Of a stretch of 64,000 nt of DNA, positions 36,367 to 53,754 are shown piece after piece. A program made the position numbers and the translations under genes. The first letter of the stretch is position 1. The number at the start of each line of letters is the position of its first letter. The stretch comes from the human T2T-CHM13v2.0 reference genome, Homo sapiens. The notes beneath the pieces were generated by a model. It did not search any database, had not been told where the DNA came from, and was given only the letters and a program-made list of their open reading frames with translations. The DNA is taken from assembly GCF_009914755.1 (NCBI RefSeq), contig NC_060930.1, one strand, 5' to 3'.

Positions 36367-36870
36367 TCTAAAATTTACCATTTTTAGGTACACAACTCAG
36401 TGGCGGTAAATACGGCCACAGTGTTGTACGACCATCACCACTATCCACCTCCAGAACTTTATCATCCCAAACTGAAACCGTATCCATTAAACAATATTCC
36501 CCTTTCCCCTCCTCCTAGCCCCTACTAAGCTCTATTCTACTTTCTGCCACTATGAATTTGCCTATTATAGGTACCTCATGTAAGTGAAATCATACAATAT
36601 TTTGTGCCTGGCTTATTTCACTTAGCATAATATTTTCAAGGTTCATCCATGTTGCGGCTTGTATCAGAATTTCATTCCCTTTTATTATGGCTGAATAATA
36701 TCCCACTATCTGTATAGACCACACTTCGTTTATGCATTCCTCTGCTGATGAACACTTGGGTGTTTCCACCTTTGGCTATTGTGAATGATACTGCTACGAA
36801 CATGGCTGTTTGAGTACCTGTTTGAGTCCTTGTTTTCAATTATTTGGGGCATGTATCTAAAAGTGGCACC
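36367..36870 (-). mobile_element. L1MB-like 3' end (host of the L1PB; continues at 35320-35365)
   Basis: ACCATCACCACTATCCA..TGGCTTATTTCACTTAGCATAAT..TTGGCTATTGTGAAT. Confidence 0.85.
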
Positions 36871-36929
36871 CTTTATTTTTTTGGTTAATGCTCACAGCAG
36901 CCCTCAGACAGATGTTCTTCAGGCTGGGG

Positions 36930-37050
36930 CCCCTTCTTTATTCCTTCAGTGGGAGGCCGTATGCTCCCAGGTCCCAACACAATTCCTCAGACTGAATTCC
37001 CCTTCTTTATTCCTTCAGTGGGAGCTTCCAACACAATTCCTCAAACTGGA
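36930..37050. repeat. Local tandem duplication (about 69-bp unit)
   Basis: CCCCTTCTTTATTCCTTCAGTGGGAG at 36930 and 36999; CCAACACAATTCCTCARACTG twice. Confidence 0.9.
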
Positions 37051-37954
37051 TATTGTCCATTGGTTTTGTTCTCAAACAGATTGAGGTTCCTCACCAGCCT
37101 CTGGTCCTCAGCCTCTTAGTCCTACAGCTCCTGTGTTTGCGGAAGAGAATCCCATCACAGGCTCTCGTGGGGAAGGTAGGCCACACCTCTTGGTCCCATG
37201 GCTGTCTGCGGTGAGAAAAGGGTGGGCGTGAGGAGGCTGCCTTATTGATATAAGGTGCTTGGTTATAGACGCCTCATGTATATGTCTGTAGGTAGACTTC
37301 TGCCTCATTTTTTGGATCCTTTTGAGTTGCAAAAGAGCTTTCTCTCCTGAAGTCACGCTGCTTCTGGGAAGAGCTAAAACCTGACTTTTCCAGGCAAAAA
37401 ACAGTCACCTGAAAGCAAGTCATGATAACGTCATCACTTGAATATTTTGGCCGTGCTAAAACATAACACTTTAAACACTAGAAGATAAGTTATCATGATA
37501 GTAGATTGAGCTAGGAAAGTTATTTATAGAAAACAAGTAAAACAATAGAATTGCAACAATTTTTAACGCTAAGATTTCCTGTAAACCGCTATAGTCACAG
37601 GATAGTCTCTCCCTTAAGATACAAAATTATCTTGTGATCCAAAAATAGCTGGTGTCAGCATTGTTTCAGCAAAGTTTCCCTTAAAATATAATTTTGCTTT
37701 CCTTTTATGATGTTATGATCTGCACGATTCTATAGAACTTCCTTGTCTTTACAAAGACATTCCTGGAATAAAAACCAATTTCGTGGCCCGTGGGGGGAAA
37801 AAAGGTAAGTTCTGAGTGAATATTTCTGGCTCCTTTCTGGATTGCAAGAAGCCAGTGAGTTGAGTACCCCAAAATAAATCCCGTTGGTGGGTGGGGCAAG
37901 GGTCAGAATTGGGGACTTGAATTACAGAATGACAGGATATCCAGGATCATAGCT

Positions 37955-38014
37955 TTTTTTTTTTTTTTAGACAGAGTCTCACTCTGCAACCTCTGCCTCC
38001 TGGGTTCGAGCAAA
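37955..38014 (-). mobile_element. Miniature Alu (about 60 bp)
   Basis: Poly-T plus Alu 3' end with internal deletion; TSD CCAGGATCATAGCT/CCGGGATCATAGCT. Confidence 0.85.
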
Positions 38015-38119
38015 CCGGGATCATAGCTCTTGCACTGCCATGCGTAGATAATTGCAGCACACTTGTCTGTGATGTATGTACAAGTCATTATTTTTTGGAT
38101 GGTGGGGTGCATTTTTCTT

Positions 38120-39166
<1,047 letters not shown>

Positions 39167-39195
39167 TAGTCATTAATACCTAAGATATTTTTCCA

Positions 39196-39499
39196 GCTGG
39201 GTGCGGTGGCTCACGCCTGTAATCCCAGCACTTTGGGAGGTTGAGGTGGGTGGATCACCTGAGGTCAGGAGTTTGAGACCAGCCTGGCCAACAAGGTGAA
39301 ACCCCGCCTCTACTAAAAATACAAAAATTAGCTGGGCATGGTGGTGGGCGCCTGTAGTCCCAGCTACTCAGGAGGCTGAGGCAGGAGAATCACTTGAACC
39401 CAGGAAGCAGAGGTTGCCAGTCTTGGAGCCAGGATTGTGCCACTGCATTCTAGCCTAGGCAACAGAGCGAGATTCTGTCTCAAAAAAAAAAAAAAAAAA
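39196..39499 (+). mobile_element. AluSx-like
   Basis: TSD AAGATATTTTTCC at 39182-39194 and 39500-39512. Confidence 0.96.
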
Positions 39500-39861
39500 A
39501 AGATATTTTTCCTAGAGCTTTTTGTTTGTTTTGTGCTTTTTGGCTTGGTTTTTGGTGACTCTTGTTTGACTCTGTCTAGATCTTTTTCCACTTCAGAGTT
39601 TTGTTGTTGTTTTACGATTTCCCAGTTCTCTTTCTGGAGTACATTATTGCAGCTATTTGCTTTTTTTTTTTTTTTCCCCATTCCTTTTAGACACGTGTCT
39701 TCATTTTAGCTTTCAGATTATATTTTCTTGAATTTACTTGAAAAAATACTTCTTCAATATATAGTTAAATAAAGAATAAATCAGTGTTTGGATGACTACT
39801 GACCTATTTCCATTTTTAATTTTCAATCCTCTAGAGAATCAGTGATAAAGATTGTATTTGT

Positions 39862-40004
39862 AGGGATAGCATTCGGAGATATACCTAATGCTAAATGACG
39901 AGTTAATGGGTGCAGCACACCAGCATGGCACATGTATACATACGTAACTAACCTGCGCATTGTGCACATGTACCCTAAAACTTAAAGTATAATAATAAAA
40001 AAAA
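39862..40004 (+). mobile_element. Young L1PA (PA2/PA3-like) 3' end, about 143 bp
   Basis: GGAGATATACCTAATGCTAAATGACGAGTTAATGGGTGCAGCACACCAGCATGG..AAAACTTAAAGTATAATAAT-polyA; TSD AAAGATTGTATTTGT at 39847-39861 and 40005-40019. Confidence 0.95.
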
Positions 40005-40157
40005 AAAGATTGTATTTGTGAAATTCCTTATGGCACACACTTGTTTGGATCCTTTTATGTGAAAAGATCCTTTTTCTATTCCATTTATATTTCTTATATG
40101 GTATAAATCAAAATTATGAAAGCTTTTAAAAATGATGTTTATTTAATAGTTAATTCT

Positions 40158-40286
40158 GGCCCAGTGCAGTGGCTCACACCTGTAATCCCAGCACTTTGGG
40201 AGGCCAAGGTGGGAGGATCATTTGAGGCCAGGAGTTCCAGACTAGCTTGGGCAACACAGCAAGACACTCTTTCTATTTTTAAAAAA
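40158..40286 (+). mobile_element. FLAM-like Alu monomer
   Basis: Left-arm monomer. Confidence 0.85.
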
Positions 40287-40620
40287 TTGTTAACTCTAAA
40301 AATATGTTCTTTCCTATTTAAGTCAGGAATAAGAAAAGAATAGTCCCTGTCACATTACTCCTGAATATCCTTCTGGAATCTTGGCCAATAAAATCAGACT
40401 AGGAAAACAAAGACACACAAGTATTAGGAAGGAAGGAACAAAAAAGCAATTTAAAGATGGTATGTTTGACTACCTAGAAAATCCAAGAGAAGCATTCTAT
40501 TTTAAAAAGACATGCTTAAGGGGAAAACATCAAAAACACAGAACATCAGTAAGAAAATAATGCGAATCATCCATAATCCCTCTAGCCAGAGGAAACCACT
40601 GTTAAAAATGAACAATTTGG

Positions 40621-40760
40621 AGCCAGTCACGGTAGCATGCACTTGTAATTCTAGCTACTCAGGAGGCTGAGACAGGAGGATCTCTTGAGGCCAGGAGTTC
40701 AAGACCAGCCTGGGCAACATAGTGAGACCCCCCCCAGCCCCCATCTCTTAAAAATTTTTA
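40621..40760 (+). mobile_element. FLAM-like Alu monomer
   Basis: Monomer with CTACTCAGGAGGCTGAG..GGAGTTCAAGACCAGCC. Confidence 0.85.
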
Positions 40761-40999
40761 AAGTAAAAAAAATGACAATTTGGTCTATATCTTTCCTTAT
40801 GTTTTTGCACATATGTGTGTATGTTTATGTGTTTGTACACATAATATATTTATTCCAAACATCTTACATCTAATTATATGGCCATTGACTGTTATGTAAA
40901 GTGATCCTACAGAGGGAATTCCTGTATTACTGTGGCAGAAGTTTAGTCCCTGCTGTGAGAATGGTGATAGAGCATTTCACCTGGGTCAGAGGACAGAGA

Positions 41000-41595
<596 letters not shown>

Positions 41596-41880
41596 ATATA
41601 CTGAGCAGCAGCCAGGGATGCCAAAAATATAGAAATATGTGTGCTACAGCACAGGAACTCACAACCAAAGTTGAAATGGCAAGATATGTGCACAGGAAAA
41701 GCTTTAAACCTTTCAAATACACCATTAAGCCAATATGCATATAGTCCTAGTCTATATTGACGTGAATGGCTCTACAGCACTGCCTATGAATGTTTACTTA
41801 ATATGCGAGTGCCCCAAATCATACAGAATCACGTTTGATGGATAGCGTCCTGACCTAAAATACAGAAGAGATGTGTCTGA

Positions 41881-42630
<750 letters not shown>

Positions 42631-43179
42631 AAAAAAAAAAAAAAAAAGAGGGCCCTCTTTGCAGAAGTGGTCACAGGGTGAGAGCAGAGGATGACGACAG
42701 TCGAAAGGACCCCAGTTGCTCTTTGGTCACAGTGCTGACGTTCCTGCATATGCAATAGGCACGGCATTCACAGGAGAGCAGTGGCATAAGAAAGCTTTGG
42801 AAGTGCCTTGTGCTAAATTAGATGAGTCTTAAGAAGATGCTTAAAGGAAAGACGGGAAGTGCGTTGGTGGGAGGAATGGAAGAGAGTATCATAGGTAGGA
42901 GTGCAGCATTTATCTGCTTAAATGATTTTGCTCCTGGCTGAGTCTAAATAAGAATATTCTTGTGAGTAGTTTTTTTTTCCTTCTATACATGAGAAATTTC
43001 TGACTCCTTTCTGCATTGAGACAAACTTGTGAGGACAGGCTCATGTTTGATGGATGGAGCCCTGACCTAAAATACAGAAGAGATGTGCTTGACAAGGGAA
43101 AAAAAGAGATCAGTTATAATCCCTATGCATTAGATTTTTCCAGTTGCAAGCACTGGCAACCTGACTTAATATGAATTTA

Positions 43180-43581
<402 letters not shown>

Positions 43582-44019
43582 TTATATATCAGAGTCTCCT
43601 ACATTCAAGCTGCAATAACTTTCTAAACAGCTTGCTGAAAGTCACCCAGGGAATTATTTGTTGATGTTCCAGAAGAGGGAGATACAAAGGCAAAGGGATT
43701 GTTCCCGGAATTTTTCTGAGTAATTAAGTTACAGTTGCTATTTGCAAGTCACTGCAAAGGAAATCTTCCAGTAGATGCTACTTATTCAGCCATGTGTGCA
43801 AAACTAGATATTTCTTACATTAACATTGTAATTATATTTGGCATCATTTTTTGTTTTGCTTTAGATGGACAAAGATTAAGTCTTAAGTGTACAAGTCAGA
43901 GAAGGAGAAGACACATTTCTGATGCCTTTGAGTAATTCTGATCTGCTAAATTAGACACACAGCCTGGCATAGACCAACCCCAGTCCATTATCACAGACTG
44001 AAGACCAAAGAAAGGAATA

Positions 44020-44215
44020 AATGAAACCTGTAATGTGCTGAGCATTTTACATAAATCATCTTTGGAATTCTCACAATGCAAGGAAGATACCATTATCCCT
44101 ATCTTAGCAGATAAAGAAAGCAAATCTCAGAGAGCTTTTACTCACTTTTCCAGGACCAGTCAGCTCTTAAGATGTAAAGCCAGGATTCTAGAACTGAATC
44201 ATCTGATTTCAAAGC
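44020..44215 (-). mobile_element. MIR
   Basis: TGTGCTGAGCATTTTACAT..ATTATCCCTAT..CAGATAAAGAAA..GCCAGGATTC. Confidence 0.75.
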
Positions 44216-44221
44216 CTGAGC

Positions 44222-44345
44222 AAGGGGGAAGTGGTGCACGCCTGTAGTCCCAGCTACTAAAGAGGCTGAGGTGGGAGGATCCCTTAATCCTAGGAGTTTG
44301 AGTCCAGCCTGGGCAACATAGCAAGAACCAATCTCAAGAAAAAAA
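44222..44345 (+). mobile_element. FLAM-like Alu monomer
   Basis: Monomer. Confidence 0.85.
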
Positions 44346-44404
44346 TTAGCAATGCAAGACCATGAGCCCAGCTTCATACTGGTGGTATTTTTGGGGGATA
44401 ATTA

Positions 44405-44840
<436 letters not shown>

Positions 44841-44949
44841 CTACCACCTTTGCTTGCCAGGAATTCACAGACTATTGGGAGAGAGAACACAAATATGAAA
44901 CAATAAACAACCTATGGGTGGAATTGGGCTGAGCAACCAGGACCAGAAG

Positions 44950-45410
44950 CTTCTAGTGATGCCCCAATGCCCATTTCCCTTCTTCAGTAAGACAACCCTC
45001 CTGCCTCCTTCCACTAGATAAGACTGTAGCCATGTGGAACAGAGACTGTACTTATGGAATCCTTTATGGCAGTTTCATGTAAGTAAATTCTGTCTAGTGG
45101 GATGCAAGCAGAAAGGACAAGTGCAGTTTCTGACAGGGAGTCTTAAAGGAAAAGGACAATCCATTCCTCTTCCCTGCCTGTTAGAGCCTTGGCAGCCATC
45201 TTGAATCAGGAGGTGAGTTTGGAAGTGGAAGTCGCTCGTGGCAGAACTACCCATGGGAGAATCCCGGGGATCTGACTCTGAGGGGTGCAGCTCCTACCCT
45301 GGACTGCCCACCTCCATTCTTTTATGTGAAAGAGAAGTAAACTTCAATCTAACTTAAGCCATTGTTATTTTGGGTTTTTGTCATTGTAAGCAAGTTTAAT
45401 CCTAACTATT
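44950..45410 (+). mobile_element. MLT1H/I/J-like LTR
   Basis: GGCAGCCATCTTG..GGACTGCCCACCTCC..TTAAGCCATTGTTATTTTGGG..AATCCTAACT. Confidence 0.75.
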
Positions 45411-45693
45411 AAAAAGGTACAGTTCTATAAGCACTCGCCACCTCCCCCAAATCCTACCAGGTGACCTTCATTCAGCAAGTGACTTAACCTTCCCCAGGGT
45501 GGCTGTGAGAACCCAGTGAGATCAACCCATGAGAGACCAGGAAAAAGCTCGCGGGGTTTTGAGTTGGCCTGTGTGATGCAGTGTGACTGGGGGAAACAAA
45601 GGAAGAAAACTAATACCCAGGACTCATCAATTCACAATTTCCTGAAGTGCTTCACGGTCAGCATGTGCAGAATAATTTCTAAAACTGTGTAGC

Positions 45694-45858
<165 letters not shown>

Positions 45859-46084
45859 AAAACCATGTAGCACAGACATTAAGTTCTTTGTAGATTCAGA
45901 GCTGATAAAATTTGTGTGCTGCAGTAAATGATTAAAGGTTTGATGAGGGAGATGAAGTATGAGTGGGGTGTTAAGAAATGAATCCGATTTGGTATGCAAG
46001 TCATGACTCCTAACTACAAGTTATGGAAAATCAACCCTGTTTGGAAAAACAAAAAAAAAGTGGGTGGGGAGGAGGTTGGTGGTT

Positions 46085-46500
46085 GAATCATGTAATTAAA
46101 AAGGCAAGAAGTAAGCTCAGGGAAGGCTGGATGGAGACCAAATGATGTCATTAGGATGCGGTCTCAGCTCTGCTTTCCTGAGTTCATTGCATTTTCATAA
46201 GGCAAGGAGTGGTGTCTGGCAGCTGTGGATGTACATCCTATCAGCTCAGCAACCCAGGTGGAAAATACCTTCTTCCTTAGGGCTGCAGAGAAACCCTCAA
46301 CCTACCTGACTCCCTGTGCCTCTGATTCTGCAGACCTGGGTCATGTTCCCACCCCTGGAGTGGATAGGGGCAGAAGAATGTAGCCTCAGCCCCATCCAAA
46401 CTGCAAGAATTAAGAGTTCCAAAAGGGTGGTTTTCCAAAAGGAAAAGTGAGGTGCTATTGGCAGGAGAAGGGGAGTTGATGCTGGGAGGAATGTTATTCG
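46085..46500 (-). mobile_element. MLT1K/L-like LTR
   Basis: TCTCAGCTCTGCTTTCC..CAGCTCAGCAACCCAG..TTTTCCAAAAGGAAAA..GGTGCTATT. Confidence 0.6.
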
Positions 46501-46650
46501 AGTGTTATGGCAGAGGAGAGAAAAAGCAAAGAAAGAAAGTCTAGAATGAGTGGAATAACATGAGCTGAATGGAAGAGAAAACTCAAGTAGGCAAGACAAG
46601 TGCTGGCAAGGGACCACCTTCCTTTGTATTATTTCTCTCTCTCTCTCTCG

Positions 46651-46948
46651 TTTTTTTTTTTTTTTTTGAGCCGGAGTCTCACTCTGTCACCCAAGCTGGA
46701 GTGAAGTGGCGCAATATCGGCTCACTTTAACCTCTGCCTCCCGGGTTCAAGTGATTCTCCTGCCTCAACCTCCCGAGTAGCTAGGATTACCACATGGTGG
46801 GAGTAGCCACCATGCCCGGCTAATTTTTGTATTTTTTGTAGAGACGTGGTTTAATCATGTTGACCAGGCTGGTCTCGAACTCCTGACCTCAGGTGATCCA
46901 CCCGCCTCGGCCTCCCAGAGTGCTGAGATGACAGGCATGAGCCCCGCC
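46651..46948 (-). mobile_element. AluS
   Basis: Antisense dimer preceded by (CT)n. Confidence 0.93.
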
Positions 46949-46969
46949 AGGGGATCCCCTTCTTCTTTG

Positions 46970-47315
46970 CTGCACTAGTTTGCTTGGACTCTCATAACAA
47001 AATAAGCGGCATCAACAACGGAAATTTATCGTGGAGACTGGAATTCTGGAGTTCCAAGTTTCCTCTGAGGCCGCTCTCCTTGGCTTGCAGATGGCCTCCC
47101 TCTTGCTGCCCTGCTCTGCTCATGTGTCCCCGGTATCACTTCCTCTTTTTTATAAGGACACCAGTCACATTGGATTAGGGCCCACCCATAGGACCGTATT
47201 TAATCTTGATTACCTCTACAAAGGCCCTATCTCTAACTATAGTAACAGTCTGAGGTACTGGGGATTAGGACTTCAACATGTGAATTAGGTGGGGGGACCC
47301 AGTTCAGCCCATGTC
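46970..47315 (-). mobile_element. MLT1A-like LTR
   Basis: CTCTCCTTGGCTTGCAGATGGC..ATAAGGACACCAGTCA..TGAGGTACTGGGATTAGGACTTCAAC. Confidence 0.85.
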
Positions 47316-47445
47316 ACTCACTGTTGTCCAAAGGGCAGTAATGAAATGCATGGATTGGGGATTTCTTATACATTTATAAAAAATGCAGTAGTTACAGCTG
47401 GATGGTGTGAGCAGCCAGTTCTCAGCAAATCTTCCTTATGATCCT

Positions 47446-48268
<823 letters not shown>

Positions 48269-48874
48269 TAAATCAGTGAAACCTGCCATCATGAAAATTA
48301 AATCCGTCTTCTAGAGAAACTAGGCTTCCAGAAAGCTCAGCCCACTGGAATGGCAGTGCATAGCCAAAACCAAGCAAATAAACAAAAGGAAGAATTGCAA
48401 CCAAGGAACCCACAAATCAAAGGTGCAGTTACACAAAGGCTCTGCAACTTGTCAGTTATCTATGGGAAGGCCAGTGACACTCCAAGTAGCCAGCCTTATT
48501 GGGCAAAGCTAAGACATGTAGGGTCAGGATGGATGGAAGGCACATTGCCTAATGCAGTGTTCTGTTCTGTTCATAGCAGACACACAGGAAGCAGTGGCTA
48601 GATGAATTTATCAAAAATGAGCAGAAGGAAGAAGAAAGAATCTCTGTGGTATTGGTGAGTTGTTTGTTCTGACAATAGACATAGAGCAAAAAACTCCTGA
48701 CTTCCAGGGCAGGGAGATGAGAGTGGAGAGGCAAAGGCCACTTGAGCTTTGATTCAGAAGCACTTGAAGCCTTAAGTATGAGATAAGTTACCTCCAGAAT
48801 GTGTGTGTGGAAGGGAGGGGAGGTAAGAGGAGGGGCAAGCAACGTGTTACGTTCCTGGATCACCTAACCAAAAA

Positions 48875-48973
48875 TAGAGACACTCCCCACCCCCAGCACT
48901 AGAGACACCCCCATCCCCAGCACTAGAGACATCCCCCACCCCCAGCACTAGAGACACCCCCCACCCCCAGCAC
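48875..48973. repeat. Minisatellite, 4 x 24-25 bp (TAGAGACACCCCCCACCCCCAGCAC)
   Basis: Units start at 48875, 48900, 48924, 48949. Confidence 0.95.
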
Positions 48974-49228
48974 TTTGGGAGGCCAAGACGGGAGGATTGT
49001 TTGAACCTAGGAGTTCAAGACCAGCCTGGGCAAGATGGTGAGATCCTGTCTCTACAAAAAAAAAAATTTTTTATTAGCCAGGGAGGGTGGCACGTGACTG
49101 TAGTCCCAACTACTTGGGATGCTAAAGAGGACTGCTTGAGCCTCGGAATTCAAGGCAACATCGAGCTATGATGATGCCACTGCCCTCCAGCTTCGGCAGC
49201 AAAGTGAGACCCTGTCTCTAAGAAAAAA
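48966..49228 (+). mobile_element. AluJ, 5'-truncated
   Basis: Starts at CCCAGCACTTTGGGAGG. Confidence 0.92.
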
Positions 49229-49249
49229 GAGAGATTCCCTCTAGCCCCC

Positions 49250-49480
49250 ACCAGCCTCATCCTATGTCATCTACCATCTGTCCACTCTATTTCCTAGCAC
49301 TTATCAATATATGAAATCATCTTATATAATTGTTTAATTACTTTAATATTCCATCCCCACCACCTCCAGATTATAAGTGCTATGAAGGGGCCTTCAGGTG
49401 GTTCCTCACCATGTCTTAGTAGCCAGAACAGGACCTACCTAGCATATACTCGGTGCCCAGAAACATTGTTTAATGAATAA
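49250..49480 (+). mobile_element. LINE2 3' end
   Basis: TAGCACTTATCA..AGATTATAAG..CATTGTTTAATGAAT. Confidence 0.65.
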
Positions 49481-49535
49481 AAGAGAAAGAGCAAAGGATA
49501 TCAGAGATTTCTGTAATAAAATAAAGGTAACCATG

Positions 49536-50049
49536 TGTTGGGAACAGGCCCCCCAAAATCTGGCCATAAACTGGCCCCAAAACTGGCCATAACCAAAATA
49601 TCTGCGGCACTGTGACATGTTCATGATGGCCATGACGCCTATGCTGGAAGGTTGTGGGTTTACTGGAATGAGGGCAAGGAATACCTGGCCCACCCAGGGT
49701 GGAAAACTGCTTAAAGGCGTTCTTAAACCCCAAACAATAGCATGAGTGATCTGTGTCTTAAGGACGTGCTCCTGCTGCAGATAACTAGCCAGAGCCCATC
49801 CCTTTATTTCGGCCCATCCCTTTATTTCCCATAAGGAATTCTTTTAGTTAATCTATAATCTATAGAAACAATGCTTATCACTGGCTTGCTGTCAATAAAT
49901 ACATGGGTAAATCTCTGTTCGAGGCTCTCAGCTCTGAAGGCTGTGAGACCCCTGATTTTCCACTCCACACCTTTATACTTCTGTGTGTGTGTCTTTAATT
50001 CCTCTAGCACCACTGGGTTAGGGTCTCCCTGACCGAGCTTGTCTCGGCA
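49536..50049 (+). mobile_element. MER9 (HERV-K HML-3) solo LTR, 514 bp
   Basis: TGTTGGGAACAGGCCCCCCAAAATCTGGCCATAAACTGG..CTCGGCA; AATAAA at about 49894; 6-bp TSD ACCATG at 49530-49535 and 50050-50055. Confidence 0.93.
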
Positions 50050-50270
50050 ACCATGTCCAAGTAATTAATCATTCTGTGGGGAGCTTGGGGATCCTGAATG
50101 CTTCATTCCCTGAAATTGATGCATAGTCAGTGTATACATTTTGGTTAGAAAATCTGTGATGACATCATGAAAAATCAGCATTGTTTTCCTGTTCCTTTTG
50201 CAATATTAATAGTAAAAACATGATCTCCTAGGAGCGTTATTGAACTTTTATGTACGTATGTATGTATCTA

Positions 50271-50387
50271 GAGATGGGGTTCTTGCTATGTTGCCCAGGC
50301 TGGCCTCGAGCTCCTAGGCTCAAGGGATTCTGCTGCCTCAGCCTCCCAAGTAGCTGGGACTACAGGCACACACCACTGCCCCTGGCC
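50271..50387 (-). mobile_element. FLAM-like Alu monomer
   Basis: Monomer. Confidence 0.85.
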
Positions 50388-50406
50388 TAAACTTTTAGTG
50401 AATTTA

Positions 50407-51286
<880 letters not shown>

Positions 51287-51299
51287 ATATACCAATTAA

Positions 51300-52130
<831 letters not shown>

Positions 52131-52193
52131 AATAATATAATAGCAGAGAGGGACAAAACATAAGAAACGGCACAGGACAATAATCTGTGTTGA

Positions 52194-52569
<376 letters not shown>

Positions 52570-52989
52570 AAATTCTCTATCTTTAGTGGCTTTTACTAGA
52601 ATTACAAGGAGACAACTTCACTTCTTCTGAGATATGGTTCTAATTTTGAGATAGCCATGGGAAAAAAAAGTCATTAAATTTATATTTTATTTCTATCTTA
52701 CATTTGCCTGCCTGATCTTTGAGGGTTGTAAACCTGATGGGAAAGAGGTCATATATTTTAATAGCATGTTGGCATTTAAAATGCCAAGAAGTGAAAAAAA
52801 AATCAGGATTCCTTTTAGCCTGAGAATTTTAATGCATGTTCGTTGCTTTTCTTCAATAATTCCTCTCATTTCACACGTACACAAAGACATGACCTCCCCC
52901 CTCCACCCCCGCCACCATCGGACACACATATTTAGTCCTGGGAGAGATGTGGCATCAAATCAGAAGCAGTTTTTCTCTAAAGAACCAGA

Positions 52990-53420
52990 GTAAAGAGGCT
53001 AATTTAATTAGCGTCCAGTCTGGAAGGAATGAAAACAGCATAGCATCTGTAATGCAGAAAGGTTATTTGCTATCTGCCTCTTGAAAAGATGTCTGCTTGA
53101 TTTGTGTCATTCTGCTGCCCTCAACAATAGAGATTTGCTCTCCTCTCTGCAACAGACATATTTCCAATCACCAAGCTCTTGTGGATTTATGCTCTCTTCC
53201 TGATTTAAACAGCAACTCCCAGAAGGCAGTCTACATTTCAGCATCAGAGGATGGAGGGTTCCTTAGACATTCTGCAAGCATGTATTGCATTTATCACCAA
53301 ATTAGAGGTAATTGTGAGCACAGAAGAAAAATGATCAAATTCACAAATTACACTGCTAATTTACCCAACTACAATTATGTTGAATATATGCATTTTGCCT
53401 TGATTTTTGCATTTGGTGAA
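52990..53420. promoter_or_regulatory. Candidate conserved non-coding element / developmental enhancer
   Basis: Palindrome GCTAATTTAATTAGC 52998-53012 (paired-type homeodomain P3 site), SOX AACAATAG 53123-53130; repeat-free AT-rich block. Confidence 0.35.
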
Positions 53421-53754
53421 AGTCATATCTGCTATGAAAACAAGACTAGCAAGCAATATTTCACGTGTTACTTCTAATAAAAACAGAATGAGAAAATGGA
53501 GAGGAAAGCACTTTGTAAATCCTAAAGCACTATATAGAAGTGAGTTACTCTCAGTGATTCCATTGTTTGCTAAGCTTTACTTAAAGAAAAAAAGGTTGCC
53601 TAGAGAACTGCATAAGTGAGCTCATTTTCTTCCTTTACTGACATTCTAAACGCATTAGAATGATCTGTTTTTTCTACATATTTTAACATGTTCAGATGGA
53701 AAGTCTCACCCAGATAAATATTTTCACAGTCTAAAAAGCTGTCTGCTCCCAACT

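Noticed and set aside
48875-48973. Regularly spaced 25-bp repeats superficially like a CRISPR array
   Set aside because: Head-to-tail units with no unique spacers, no cas genes, and eukaryotic context
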